From an uncultured delta proteobacterium (GTDB lineage: Bacteria > Desulfobacterota > Desulfobacteria > Desulfobacterales > UBA2156): DNA of 64,000 nucleotides. Every line of letters begins with the position of its first letter. Positions within the stretch are counted from its first letter, which is position 1. Of this stretch, positions 30,969-41,386 are shown piece by piece. The position numbers were made by a program, and so were the translations under genes. A model generated the notes under the pieces. It did no database searches. It was not told the DNA's origin and worked only from the letters and a program-made list of their open reading frames with translations. The stretch lies in assembly GCA_963736855.1 (NCBI GenBank), contig CAVTQK010000015.1, positions 256,001 to 320,000 on the forward strand, in the 5' to 3' direction.

Positions 30969-31097
30969 TAAATGGTCATAATCCTTTATACACAAAAAGC
31001 CGCTTTGGGTTACTTTGGCCCCAATCGATGCCAAAAAATAAGTCGGGTTGGTAACTTGTCAAGGTAAAAAAAGGAGGGGAGCTGGGAAGAAAGAAAA

Positions 31098-31354
31098 ATG
31101 GTTGTGCACCCTGCTTCGAGTTCTTTCCGGCAAAACAAGGATCTTGGGTTGGCCGGAGTCGATCCGCGACACAACCTGCATCATTTATCGCTGCTTCCTT
31201 CCGGACCTGACGAGGTTCATGACCGGCTGTTGCGCGGTGTCCGGCCGGGAGATCCCCGAATCGCCGGGGGTCGAACCCTCTGAAGGGGATTCAGCCCCGC
31301 ATAAAGCGGCTTTCGGGTTCAGGGCACCGCTAACTCCCCGCCTAGCACAACCAT
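31098..31354 (-). ncRNA. ffs: Signal recognition particle RNA, large type with Alu domain
   Basis: Minus strand has helix 8 TCAGGTCCGGAAGGAAGCAGC, 5' Alu-like GCGGGGAGTTAGCGGTGCCCTG, and 10-bp complementary termini ATGGTTGTGC/GCACAACCAT. Confidence 0.92.
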
Positions 31355-31359
31355 CTGCT

Positions 31360-31387
31360 ATCATAATTGATGAAAGGATTTTTTCAA
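31360..31387 (-). promoter_or_regulatory. Sigma-70-type promoter of SRP RNA
   Basis: TTGAAA-N16-TATGAT ending 5 bp before the predicted 5' end. Confidence 0.55.
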
Positions 31388-31521
31388 GGAGGAAATGGAA
31401 AAAGGATAGAAAGGCTTGGATCTTGACTTGAACATGGGGCTGGCCTACCATCAATTCAAGGCCGTGAATGGTTAAAATGAAGCGTGAAAGAACGAAACCC
31501 GAAATTTATAACATAAAACTT

Positions 31522-31674
31522 GATGGCTTCGTAAAAAGTCCATCTGCTGCGTTGCACTGCATCCTTCGTCATTGCGGCGTACCCATATGTACGCCTCATT
31601 CCTCAGGATTTGCGCGCCTTGCATCTGAAGCTTTTTACTTTGCCATCCTAATTTTGAGTTTTTACGATTTCATC
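31522..31674. mobile_element. MITE-like element with terminal inverted repeats and target-site duplication
   Basis: GATGGCTTCGTAAAAAG ... TTTTTACGATTTCATC, flanked by AAAACTT on both sides; second internal right end at 31631-31647. Confidence 0.75.
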
Positions 31675-31707
31675 AAAACTTAAGGTTAGGACCAAAAAGC
31701 GATTCGA

Positions 31708-33195
31708 ATGGATCGAAGGGATCAAAAGAGATTTTTAGAAAAAGTCCTCCACGCCCTGACCGATTATCGGATGATTGCACCGGGGGAAAGGGTCCTGGTC
31801 GGTGTCTCCGGAGGACCCGACTCGGTTTGCCTTTTGCATCTGCTCCACCACTTTTCCGACACCTTTTCCATCCGGTTGGGTGTCGCACACCTCAACCATG
31901 CCCTCAGATCCGAAGAGTCCGACCGGGATGCAGACTTTGTGTCAAAGCTGGCCGAATCCCTGGGGTGGCCCCTTTACCTGGAAAAGGTTCCACCCGGAAC
32001 ATGGCCTGCCGACGGCGCTTCGACAGAGGAAGCGGCGAGGAGGGTCCGCTACGAATTTTTCCAAGCGGTCTCCAGGATCCACGGATACCCAAAAGTCGCA
32101 CTCGGCCATCACGCCGGGGATAATGCAGAGCTTTTCCTAATGCGTCTGATGACTTGGAGCGGGCCGGCAGGAGTGTCCGGCATCCCTCCGGTACGGGAGG
32201 ATGCCCAAAGCGGCGGACGGATCATCCGCCCTCTTATCCGATGCACCCGAGAGGAGATCTTATCTTACCTCGCGCGTCAGGGGATCGGTTTTGTTGAAGA
32301 CGGCACCAATTTCTCCATGCGCTATTTCCGGAATCAGGTCCGCCGCTGGCTGCTCCCCGAATTGAAGTCCCGGTTCAACCCCAAGGTCGAAGCTGCCTTG
32401 AACCGGTTTTGCGCCATTACCGCTGCGGAAGACGAATGGATGGCTACCCTTACGGAACCGATATTTCGATCGGCCGTGATCCGGGAAGAGGGGGGTGTCT
32501 GTGTCCTTTCCGTGAAGACCATACTCGAAACTCCGGTGGCAGCCCAGCGACGTATCCTGCGGATGGCCATAGAAAAGATCAAGGGGGATCTTAGACGCAT
32601 CACCTTTGATCATGTGGAAACAGTCCGGTCCTTTTTGTTGCAGGGCATGTATGGAAGATGGCTCCATTTGCCCGGCGGGATCCGGATCGTTTTGGAGAAG
32701 GACGGACTCGGGATTCACAAGGATATCGGCCCCTGCCGCAAGGGACCGGGTTTAAAAAATGGCAAGGCGGAAGCTTCCAAAACCGATTTCCGATATATTA
32801 TCGACGGCCCCGGCATCTACCCTATTCCCGAAATCCGAAAGACGCTGATCATCTCCTGTATGAACACCAACGAAGTTGGGGACATTCATAGCGTCGGAAA
32901 GGACGCGGCGGTTTTCGATGCCACAACCCTCACCTTTCCTTTGACCCTCAGGAGCTGGGTCTCAGGTGATCGGTTTTTTCCCTTGGGCGCATCCGGTAGC
33001 CAGAAGGTTAAAAAGTACTTTATCGATCATAAGATTTCCATCAATGAGCGCACGGGATGTCCGGTGCTGATTTCCCGGGGGCGAATCGCCTGGATTGCGG
33101 GGCATCGTATCGGGCACTGGGTGCGGGTGACCGAATCCACCCAAAAAACGGTTCGGGTGGAACTATCGCTTGATTTACCGGAGAAAAACGGTTAA
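31708..33195 (+). CDS. tilS: tRNA(Ile)-lysidine synthetase
   Basis: SGGPDS PP-loop, HLNHALR, EEAARRVRY, IIRPLI, RNQVR, TilS C-terminal domain. Confidence 0.95.
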   Translation: MDRRDQKRFLEKVLHALTDYRMIAPGERVLVGVSGGPDSVCLLHLLHHFSDTFSIRLGVAHLNHALRSEESDRDADFVSKLAESLGWPLYLEKVPPGTWPADGASTEEAARRVRYEFFQAVSRIHGYPKVALGHHAGDNAELFLMRLMTWSGPAGVSGIPPVREDAQSGGRIIRPLIRCTREEILSYLARQGIGFVEDGTNFSMRYFRNQVRRWLLPELKSRFNPKVEAALNRFCAITAAEDEWMATLTEPIFRSAVIREEGGVCVLSVKTILETPVAAQRRILRMAIEKIKGDLRRITFDHVETVRSFLLQGMYGRWLHLPGGIRIVLEKDGLGIHKDIGPCRKGPGLKNGKAEASKTDFRYIIDGPGIYPIPEIRKTLIISCMNTNEVGDIHSVGKDAAVFDATTLTFPLTLRSWVSGDRFFPLGASGSQKVKKYFIDHKISINERTGCPVLISRGRIAWIAGHRIGHWVRVTESTQKTVRVELSLDLPEKNG

Positions 33196-33311
33196 ACTTC
33201 TTTAATTAATCTTTTTTGGCAGAGACGGAAATTCACGTTCTTTCAAGACATTCTGAGTTTTAGCGTCTGCCAAAGGGTCTTTCATCAATTCCGTCAGGAG
33301 GTAAAAACCTT

Positions 33312-35195
33312 TTGAATCCGTTCCAGAAAAATCTGGCATTGTGGATTGTTATTACTCTATTGATGGTTCTGTTGTACAACCTGTTCAGCCAGCAGCGCCT
33401 TTCCGAAACGAGCATCAGCTACTCTGAATTCATGTCCAAGGTGGAAGAGGGCCATATTGCCGAAGTGATCATTCAGGGTCAGGAGCTTTCCGTGACCGAC
33501 GACACCCGGAAACGGTTCACAGTTTATGCACCACAGGATGCGGAATTGATCCGAACCCTTCGGGACAAGGGAATCGCCATCAGCGCCAAGCCTCCCCAGG
33601 AATCCCCCTGGTACGTCTCCGTGCTGGTATCCTGGTTTCCCATGATCGTTCTCATTGCCGTCTGGATTTTTTTCATGCGACAGATGCAGGCCGGCGGAGG
33701 TAAGGCTCTGTCCTTCGGCAAGAGCCGGGCACGGCTCATGTCCGACCAGTCTGCCAAGGTGACTTTCCAAGACGTAGCCGGCATCGACGAGGCAAAGGAG
33801 GAGCTTCAGGAGATCATCGAGTTTTTAAAGGACCCGAAGAAATTTACCCGCTTGGGCGGTAGGATCCCCAAAGGCGTGCTGCTCATGGGTTCCCCAGGCA
33901 CCGGGAAGACGCTTCTGGCCCGCGCCATCGCCGGGGAGGCCGGGGTTCCGTTTTTCAGTATCAGCGGCTCCGATTTCGTGGAGATGTTCGTCGGCGTGGG
34001 GGCGTCCCGGGTCCGCGACCTTTTCGTCCAGGGGAAAAAGAACGCCCCCTGTATCATCTTCATTGATGAAATCGATGCGGTGGGCAGGCATCGGGGAGCT
34101 GGTCTGGGAGGAGGGCACGATGAGCGGGAACAGACCCTCAATCAACTCCTGGTGGAGATGGACGGGTTCGAATCCAACGAAGGAGTCATCCTGATTTCCG
34201 CGACCAACCGGCCCGATGTCCTCGATCCGGCCTTGCTGAGACCCGGCCGGTTCGATCGCCAGGTGGTGGTTCCGCTTCCCGACATCAAAGGCCGGGAGAT
34301 GATTCTCCAGGTCCACATGCGCAAGGTTCCGGTGGCGCCGGATGTCAAAGTCACCATTCTGGCCAAGGGGACCCCGGGTTTTTCAGGCGCCGACCTGGAG
34401 AACCTCGTCAACGAAGCCGCTTTGCTGGGGGCCAAGCGCAACAAGGAAAAGGTGGACATGCTGGACTTCGAGGACGCCAAAGACAAAGTTTACATGGGGC
34501 TCGAAAGAAAATCCAAAGTGGTCCGCGAAGAAGATCGTAAGACCACCGCCTACCATGAAGGAGGGCATGCCCTGGTGGCGCGTTTCTTGCCCGAAACGGA
34601 TACCGTAAACAAGATCACCATCATCCCCAGGGGGCGTGCCGCCGGAATCACATGGTTTCTCCCCGAGGAGCGGGATTTCAAATACAAGGATCAGCTCGAA
34701 AGCGAACTTTCCGTGGCCTTCGGGGGCCGGGTCGCCGAGGAGATCGTTTTCAACCGGATCAGCACCGGCGCGGCCAATGACATCAAGCAGGCCACGGTCC
34801 TGGCCGAAAAGATGGTTCGTTCCTGGGGGATGAGCGAGGTCCTCGGGCTCTTGTCTTATGCCAAGGGAGAGGAGCACATTTTCCTGGGAAGGGAGATCGC
34901 CCAGCATCGGGATTACTCCGAGGCAACGGCTCAGAAGATCGATGCCGAGATCAAGAAACTGATAGATAGGGCATATGAGCGGGCCAAGGCCGTCCTGAGC
35001 GAAAACCTGGATGTTTTGCACAAACTGGCCGAGCTCCTTCTGGAAAAAGAGACCGTTTTGGGCAGCGAGCTGGATCAGATGATTCTTTCCATGAGGCCCG
35101 GGATCAAGCTTCCTTACCGACCGGGCGAGGAAGCGGGAGCGGAAAAGGCCGGCAGTGCAAAAGGCTCTACGGATGCGGCGGGCGTGGCCGTTTGA
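33312..35195 (+). CDS. ftsH: ATP-dependent zinc metalloprotease FtsH
   Basis: Two TMs, [42 protein letters not shown] plus TTG start. Confidence 0.98.
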   Translation: MNPFQKNLALWIVITLLMVLLYNLFSQQRLSETSISYSEFMSKVEEGHIAEVIIQGQELSVTDDTRKRFTVYAPQDAELIRTLRDKGIAISAKPPQESPWYVSVLVSWFPMIVLIAVWIFFMRQMQAGGGKALSFGKSRARLMSDQSAKVTFQDVAGIDEAKEELQEIIEFLKDPKKFTRLGGRIPKGVLLMGSPGTGKTLLARAIAGEAGVPFFSISGSDFVEMFVGVGASRVRDLFVQGKKNAPCIIFIDEIDAVGRHRGAGLGGGHDEREQTLNQLLVEMDGFESNEGVILISATNRPDVLDPALLRPGRFDRQVVVPLPDIKGREMILQVHMRKVPVAPDVKVTILAKGTPGFSGADLENLVNEAALLGAKRNKEKVDMLDFEDAKDKVYMGLERKSKVVREEDRKTTAYHEGGHALVARFLPETDTVNKITIIPRGRAAGITWFLPEERDFKYKDQLESELSVAFGGRVAEEIVFNRISTGAANDIKQATVLAEKMVRSWGMSEVLGLLSYAKGEEHIFLGREIAQHRDYSEATAQKIDAEIKKLIDRAYERAKAVLSENLDVLHKLAELLLEKETVLGSELDQMILSMRPGIKLPYRPGEEAGAEKAGSAKGSTDAAGVAV

Positions 35196-36103
35196 ATCCT
35201 CTTTTCGAGATGACCTGGGGATCGCGCCGGATGACCTTGGGTGAGACCACCAGGGTCATGGGGATCGTCAATATAACCCCGGATTCGTTTTCAGACGGGG
35301 GAAAGTTTTTCACTTTCGAATCGGCCGTTTCTCAAGGGCTCTCGCTGGCTCAGGCAGGGGCGGACATTCTGGATATCGGAGGCGAATCGACCCGGCCCCA
35401 TTCCGATCCCGTTCCGGCCGATGAAGAGATCCGCCGGGTGGTTCCGGTCATCCGGGCTCTTTCAGGTCGCATCGACATCCCTATTTCCATCGATACCACC
35501 AAGGCAGCGGTGGCCCGGGCCGCCATCGAAGCGGGTGCTTCCATAATCAACGACGTGAGCGCCCTGCGTTTCGATCCCGATATGGCCTCCGTGGCCCGGG
35601 AGTCCGGTGTTCCTGTGATCTTGATGCACATGCTTGGAACCCCCAAGACCATGCAGCACGCCCCCTACTACGAGGACGTGACCCGGGAGATATTTGCTTT
35701 TTTGGACAGCGCGATCCATTTCGCTCAGGAAAAGGGAATCCCCAAAAGTCTTCTCATCGCGGACCCGGGGATCGGTTTCGGCAAAACCCTTATCCACAAT
35801 CTGACCCTGATCGCCGAATTGCGGACGTTTCATGCACTGGGAGTTCCTCTCCTTGTGGGCCCATCGAGAAAAGCATTCATCCGCAGGCTCCTCAAAGGGA
35901 AGAGCGACCGGGAAATCCGACCCGATATGCCTGAAGTGGAGATCGGCACCCAGGCGGCTGTTGCGGCTTCCATTATGAACGGCGCCCATATCATTCGGGC
36001 ACACAACGTTAAGAACACCCGGAGAACAGCCTTGATCGTCGATGCCATCGTCCATGCTCCTATGCAGCCGTCCGGCGGTTCCTCCATTGGCGCCGCTTCA
36101 TAA
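35192..36103 (+). CDS. folP: Dihydropteroate synthase
   Basis: NITPDSFSDGG, DIGGESTRP, DPGIGFGK, SRK. Confidence 0.96.
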   Translation: MNPLFEMTWGSRRMTLGETTRVMGIVNITPDSFSDGGKFFTFESAVSQGLSLAQAGADILDIGGESTRPHSDPVPADEEIRRVVPVIRALSGRIDIPISIDTTKAAVARAAIEAGASIINDVSALRFDPDMASVARESGVPVILMHMLGTPKTMQHAPYYEDVTREIFAFLDSAIHFAQEKGIPKSLLIADPGIGFGKTLIHNLTLIAELRTFHALGVPLLVGPSRKAFIRRLLKGKSDREIRPDMPEVEIGTQAAVAASIMNGAHIIRAHNVKNTRRTALIVDAIVHAPMQPSGGSSIGAAS

Positions 36104-36158
36104 ACCCAAGAGACGAATCACGCCTGCCGGTCTTTTGCTGAAGACGGAGGATCCTTTC

Positions 36159-37061
36159 TTGAGTCGGAAAAGCCGATGGTTCCGGCTGCGGTACCTGTTG
36201 TTCCTTTGGATCGTTCTCTTGGCATCGGGGTGTTCCCGGATCATTGAGGCGGATCTTTTCGTACCCGTCCGGCTGGAAGGCCTCCCCAACGGCATGATCC
36301 TGGTGGAGAGCCCGGTAAAAGGAATCGAAGTACGCGTCCGGGGTCCTGAATCCCGAATCAAATCCATTCAAGGGGGCCGGATCGGGTACGCGGTGGACAT
36401 GACGGCGGCCCGGCTGGGAATGCAGTCCATCCCCATCAATCCGGCCCGGATTCAACTTCCCATGGGTGTCTCGATTGTCGGCTTCTCGCCTAAAACCCTG
36501 GCTATAGAGTTGGCCCGGGAGGCCCAAAAGGCCCTCGGCGTAACGGTGGCCCTTTCCGGAGAACCGGCGCCGGGGAGAGAGGTCAGGAGCGCCTATCCCA
36601 AACCCTCCACCGTGATCGTGCGCGGTCCCGAGGGAATCATGGAGACTATCGAGACCGTGGCCACAAAAGCCATCGATTTAACCGGTGTCGCCGAGTCTTT
36701 CCAGAAAGAGATCGCCCTCGAAATTCCCGACGGCATGGTATTGGACACTCCTTCCCAGGTGATCACAGCCCGGATTGAAATCGGCGAAAAGATCGTTACC
36801 CGACAGCTGAAAGAGGTGACGATCATCGGAAAGGGAAGCCCTTTCCAATATCGGATTGTGCCGGCGACCATCGATATCGAGATCAAAGGACCGGTCCACT
36901 TCCTGGATGAACTTGAACGGAAGGGAGGGATCAAGGTGTTCATGGATCTTGTTGGGCTGAAACCGGGGGTTTATCCTCGCCGTGCTGCCCTGACGCTTCC
37001 CCCGGAAATCACCTTGGTGGGGACAAAACCGGAAATTTTCACCGTCACCATATACAAATAG
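36159..37061 (+). CDS. YbbR/CdaR-like domain protein, possible lipoprotein
   Basis: GGAGG plus TTG start, LLASGC lipobox-like, three repeated beta-rich units with VRGP/IKGP motifs. Confidence 0.8.
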   Translation: MSRKSRWFRLRYLLFLWIVLLASGCSRIIEADLFVPVRLEGLPNGMILVESPVKGIEVRVRGPESRIKSIQGGRIGYAVDMTAARLGMQSIPINPARIQLPMGVSIVGFSPKTLAIELAREAQKALGVTVALSGEPAPGREVRSAYPKPSTVIVRGPEGIMETIETVATKAIDLTGVAESFQKEIALEIPDGMVLDTPSQVITARIEIGEKIVTRQLKEVTIIGKGSPFQYRIVPATIDIEIKGPVHFLDELERKGGIKVFMDLVGLKPGVYPRRAALTLPPEITLVGTKPEIFTVTIYK

Positions 37062-37103
37062 GAACGTCCATGATTTGATGCTTTTCTCACACGAACAAGT
37101 ATT

Positions 37104-37166
37104 GACGGCTTCGTAAAAAGGTTTTGTGAGCGGCGCGAGAAAAATCGACCTTTTTACGATTTCATC
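37104..37166. mobile_element. Short 63-bp derivative of the 31522 MITE
   Basis: GACGGCTTCGTAAAAAGG ... CCTTTTTACGATTTCATC flanked by AGTATT direct repeats. Confidence 0.7.
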
Positions 37167-37226
37167 AGTATTGACGCTTGGATAACAAATCGTGAATCGT
37201 GATCAGTGAAGAGGGGAGGGGACGAA

Positions 37227-38063
37227 ATGCTTTTCGTCATCGATGTGGGAAACACACATACCGTCTTGGGGATCTACAAAGGGGATATACTGGTCGGAAA
37301 CTGGCGAGTGCACACCGAAAAAGAGACCACCGAAGATGAAATCAATATCCTCATCAACAACCTATTCAGTCGGGACGGCATCCGCTTCGGCGATATTCAA
37401 AAGACGATCATCTCCTGCGTTTTCCCACCCCTTGTAACGATTCTGGATGCTTTTTGCAGGAAATACTTAGGACATGCGCCCCACTGGGTGGATGCAAAAT
37501 CATACCCCGCCATGCCGGTACGCCTCCGAAATCCGGCGGAGGTCGGGGCCGACAGGATCGTCAATGCCGTGGCGGCCTATGAAAAATATAAAACCAGCCT
37601 GGTGGTCATCGATTTCGGAACCGCCACCACCTTTGATGTCATATCGGAAAAGGGGGAATATTTGGGCGGAGCCATCTGCCCCGGCATTTACATTGCCTCC
37701 GATGCCCTGTTTCGGGAGGCGTCCAAGCTTCCTCGCGTAGAAATCTTTACGCCCCCGGAAACCGTCATCGGCAAGGATACCATCGGGTGCATTCAATCCG
37801 GTATCATTTACGGTTACGCCGGGTTGGTAGACGGAATGGTCGCGAAGATAAAAAAAGAGATGGGCGGCAACCCCCGGGTGATCGCCACGGGGGGCCTGGC
37901 CCACCTCATGTTTAATGTTTCCGAGGTCATCGAAGCGGTGGAACCCACCCTGACACTGGAGGGTTTAAAAATCATCAGCGAAAGCCTTGAAGTTCCTGCC
38001 TCCGGAGAATCAGGGGTAAATCAGGAATCGCGATCCAGCCCGAAGGCGGTATGCAGCGCCTGA
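37227..38063 (+). CDS. coaX: Type III pantothenate kinase
   Basis: [31 protein letters not shown]. Confidence 0.95.
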   Translation: MLFVIDVGNTHTVLGIYKGDILVGNWRVHTEKETTEDEINILINNLFSRDGIRFGDIQKTIISCVFPPLVTILDAFCRKYLGHAPHWVDAKSYPAMPVRLRNPAEVGADRIVNAVAAYEKYKTSLVVIDFGTATTFDVISEKGEYLGGAICPGIYIASDALFREASKLPRVEIFTPPETVIGKDTIGCIQSGIIYGYAGLVDGMVAKIKKEMGGNPRVIATGGLAHLMFNVSEVIEAVEPTLTLEGLKIISESLEVPASGESGVNQESRSSPKAVCSA

Positions 38064-39241
38064 ACGGCCAGCTCCGCATATTTTTCCTCGATGACGCAGG
38101 AGATCCGAATCTCGGAGGTGGTGATCATCATGATATTGATGTTTTCCCGAGACAGGGCCGAAAACATCTTCGCCGCAACCCCCGAGTGGCTGCGCATTCC
38201 TACACCGGTGACGGAAACCTTGGCGATATTCTCATCCCCGATGACCTCCTTGGCGCTGATCTTCCGGCCCACTGCTTTGGCGATTTTCATGGCTTCGCGG
38301 TAATTGGCTTTGGGCACGGTGAAGGTCAGATCCGTCTTTCCGCCGGAATGGGGGTTCTGGATGATCATATCCACGATGATGCCGGCTTCTCCGATGGGCG
38401 TCATGATCTTTGCCGCAATCCCCGGCTGATCCGGTACCTGTTTTAGAGTGATTCGGGCCTCGTTCTTGTTGGAAGTCACACCGGTGACCACTATCTTTTC
38501 CATATCGGCATCCGCATTGACGACCATGGTTCCCTCCTCTTCACTGAAAGACGATCGCACATGAACGGCGACGTTGTATTTTTTGGCAAACTCCACCGAA
38601 CGGATCTGCAGCACCTTTGCCCCGAGACTCGCCATTTCGAGCATCTCGTCATAACTGATCCTGGGAAGCTTTTGGGCCCTCTTGCAGACATTGGGATCCG
38701 CCGTGTAGACCCCATCTACGTCCGTGAAGATTTCACAGACATCGGCCTTGAGAGCTGCGGCGATGGCCACCGCCGATGTATCTGATCCGCCCCTCCCCAG
38801 CGTGGTGATGTTTCCATCCGCATCGCACCCCTGGAACCCGGCCACCACCACGATATGCCGCTGTTTTAAAAAATCACGGATGCGATTGGCCCCGATGTCG
38901 TGAATCCGGGCGTTTCCGAACGCCGCGTCTGTGTGAACCTCGGCCTGGAAACCGAGCAGGGATACGGCCGGGTAATCCATGGATTTGAGCAGCATGGCCA
39001 GCAAAGCAGCTGTGGTCTGTTCACCGGTGGCCAGGAGAACATCCAGCTCCCGCTTATCGGGTGTATCGGTGACCTGTTGAGCCAACTGGATCAGGCCGTC
39101 CGTGACCCCGGCCATGGCCGAAAGAATGATCACCACATCGTGTCCCTGATCGTAGTCCCTCACGACCCGGCTTGCGACATTGCGAATCCGTTCGATGTCG
39201 GCAACCGATGTGCCGCCGAATTTCTTGACGATGAGTGCCAT
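38021..39241 (-). CDS. lysC: Aspartate kinase
   Basis: [30 protein letters not shown], two ACT domains, TSEIRIS. Confidence 0.96.
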   Translation of the reverse strand: MALIVKKFGGTSVADIERIRNVASRVVRDYDQGHDVVIILSAMAGVTDGLIQLAQQVTDTPDKRELDVLLATGEQTTAALLAMLLKSMDYPAVSLLGFQAEVHTDAAFGNARIHDIGANRIRDFLKQRHIVVVAGFQGCDADGNITTLGRGGSDTSAVAIAAALKADVCEIFTDVDGVYTADPNVCKRAQKLPRISYDEMLEMASLGAKVLQIRSVEFAKKYNVAVHVRSSFSEEEGTMVVNADADMEKIVVTGVTSNKNEARITLKQVPDQPGIAAKIMTPIGEAGIIVDMIIQNPHSGGKTDLTFTVPKANYREAMKIAKAVGRKISAKEVIGDENIAKVSVTGVGMRSHSGVAAKMFSALSRENINIMMITTSEIRISCVIEEKYAELAVQALHTAFGLDRDS

Positions 39242-39401
39242 AAGCTTAACCTCTTGTATCCGATCTATCGGGTCTTTGGTTTGTTCTGAATCATGTTTTG
39301 CAGTTCAAGCCTTAAAATTCACAATTGATGATATATGATCGCATCGTTTGCATGATGCGGATTTGAGAAATGCATATAATAAAGGACGTCGCTGGATTTT
39401 C

Positions 39402-39821
39402 CTAGATTTGGATGATTTGTCTTTCGGTGTCCGAAACGATTTCGAATCGGAGGGTCAAATGGTCGCCCAAATAGTTTGCGGACAATTTTTCCCCCCATTC
39501 CACGGCCACTACGGCCCGACCATCCAGAATCTCATCAAGCCCCAGGTCCTCCAGATCGATCAGCCGGTCCAGCCGATACAAATCCACATGGAAAAGGGGA
39601 AGCAGCCCCCCTTGATGCTCGTGGACCAAGGCAAAGGAAGGGCTGGTCACTTCGGTTTCCCCGGGGATTCCCAATCCTTTGGCCAGCCCCTGGACAAAGA
39701 CCGTTTTCCCGCTTCCCAAATCTCCGGTCAGAATAAAGGTCATGGGCGCATCCAGCGCCGACCCTAAAGTTTCCCCCAAAGCCCGGGTCTCCTCAGGGGA
39801 ACGCGTCGTTATACGGATCAT
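39402..39821 (-). CDS. tsaE: tRNA threonylcarbamoyladenosine biosynthesis ATPase TsaE
   Basis: ATGA overlap with nnr; GDLGSGKT, VTSPSF, HVDLYRL, VEWG. Confidence 0.93.
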   Translation of the reverse strand: MIRITTRSPEETRALGETLGSALDAPMTFILTGDLGSGKTVFVQGLAKGLGIPGETEVTSPSFALVHEHQGGLLPLFHVDLYRLDRLIDLEDLGLDEILDGRAVVAVEWGEKLSANYLGDHLTLRFEIVSDTERQIIQI

Positions 39822-41371
39822 AAAAAAGTGGTTTCCCGGATCTGAGCCGGGATCATGGCCATCACATCCGATGCCAGGTATCCGAAGGGCCCCCGACCCC
39901 TGAAAAGGGCATCCGCCGCCGCGCCGTGCAAATAGACTCCTGCCATCGCCGCTTCTGCGGGCGCCAACCCCTGGGCGATCCACCCAGCGATCATGCCGGT
40001 GAGCACATCCCCCATCCCGCCCGAGGCCATCCCCGGGTTCCCGGTAGGGTTGATCCAGAGGGCGCCGTCTTTCTGCGCGATCACCGTTTTGGCCCCCTTG
40101 AGGACCACGGTAACCCCATACGCCTCGGCAAGGCTTCGGGCCGATCCCGCCCGGTCTTTCTGGATTTCCGCCGAAGTCTTGCCCACAATACGCCCCATTT
40201 CCCCCGGATGCGGCGTTAAGACGATTTCCGCTTTCTTCTGTTTTAAAATATCCATGCATCCGGCCATGCAGTTGAGCCCGTCCGCGTCGATGACCAAAGG
40301 AATAGGGCACACCCGGACCAGTCCGCAGACCAGCTGCACCGTTTCGTCCGCCGTCCCGATTCCCGGACCCAGCGCCAGGCAGCTTTTGCCGGGCAGAAGG
40401 CCCAGAACCGCATCCATGGCCGAGTCGGTGAGGATGCCGGGCGCGATCTCCGGCAGCGGCGCGGTCATCGCTTCGAGGACCTGCGGCTCCACCGTCGCAT
40501 CCAGGCTTGCCGGAATACCCAGGGTTACCAGCCCTGCGCCGGTCCGCATGGCCGCCATGGCTGTCATGGCAGCAGCCCCCGTTTTCCCGATTGCCCCGGC
40601 CAGCACCAGCACATGCCCGGTCTTTCCCTTGTGGGCATCGGGGGGACGTTTTCGGATAAACGATCGAATCCGCTCGGCGGTGAGCAGGTGTATCTTCGGT
40701 CCGACCCTGGCCGTCACATGCAAAGGGATGCCAATGTCCACGACCCGAAGCTCGCCCGTGTAATTGGCCCCCGGAAACAGGACGCTTCCGATTTTGGCGC
40801 ACCCGAATGTAGCGGTGGCCTCGGCATGGATGCAGGTTCCTCTGGGATGCCCCGTATCCGAATCGAGTCCGGAGGGGATGTCCACGCTGAAGGTCGGCCT
40901 TTGGCTGTTGTTGACAAATTCGATGACCTTCTTGAATAAGCCTGCCACATCCGATTTCAAACCGGTCCCCAGCAGCGCATCGATCCAGATATCGATTGCG
41001 CGCAGTCGGTTTTTCACTTTTTTAAAGGCGGCATCATCCGGCACCTCTGCCACCGGAACCGCCAGACGAAAAAGAAGTTCCAGGTTGGATGCCGCATCCC
41101 CTTTCACAGCCTCGCGCTTTGTAAAAAGAAAGACCTCAACATCGATTCCCTTGTGGGCCAAAAGGCGGGCCATGACGCATCCGTCCCCGCCGTTATTTCC
41201 CCTTCCGGCCAGAATCCCAACGCGCTTTCGGTCCACCTCGGGAAAGCGTTCCAGAAAGAAATCAACGGCCCCCCGGCCTGCATTTTCCATCAGAATCCGG
41301 CTCGGTATCCCCACTTCTTCGATGGTCAACCGATCCATTTCCTGCATTTCGTCGGCGGTCACCAGGATCAC
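39818..41371 (-). CDS. nnr: Bifunctional NAD(P)H-hydrate epimerase/dehydratase (NnrE-NnrD, YjeF)
   Basis: LMENAG, GNNGGDG, DALLGTG, VDIPSG, HKGKTG, DADGL, LTPHPGE, GGMGDVL. Confidence 0.95.
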   Translation of the reverse strand: MILVTADEMQEMDRLTIEEVGIPSRILMENAGRGAVDFFLERFPEVDRKRVGILAGRGNNGGDGCVMARLLAHKGIDVEVFLFTKREAVKGDAASNLELLFRLAVPVAEVPDDAAFKKVKNRLRAIDIWIDALLGTGLKSDVAGLFKKVIEFVNNSQRPTFSVDIPSGLDSDTGHPRGTCIHAEATATFGCAKIGSVLFPGANYTGELRVVDIGIPLHVTARVGPKIHLLTAERIRSFIRKRPPDAHKGKTGHVLVLAGAIGKTGAAAMTAMAAMRTGAGLVTLGIPASLDATVEPQVLEAMTAPLPEIAPGILTDSAMDAVLGLLPGKSCLALGPGIGTADETVQLVCGLVRVCPIPLVIDADGLNCMAGCMDILKQKKAEIVLTPHPGEMGRIVGKTSAEIQKDRAGSARSLAEAYGVTVVLKGAKTVIAQKDGALWINPTGNPGMASGGMGDVLTGMIAGWIAQGLAPAEAAMAGVYLHGAAADALFRGRGPFGYLASDVMAMIPAQIRETTFL

Positions 41372-41386
41372 GGCATATTCCCCTTT

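Noticed and set aside
30990..31065. Possible CIRCE element upstream of grpE
   Set aside because: No match to TTAGCACTC-N9-GAGTGCTAA; only a TTGACA-type -35 seen
31048..31683. Small ORFs at 31048-31431, 31185-31454 and 31468-31683
   Set aside because: They overlap the SRP RNA and the MITE
39822..40802. Apparent long N-terminal extension of TsaE (466-aa ORF)
   Set aside because: Alternate frame overlapping nnr; real start is ATG 39821
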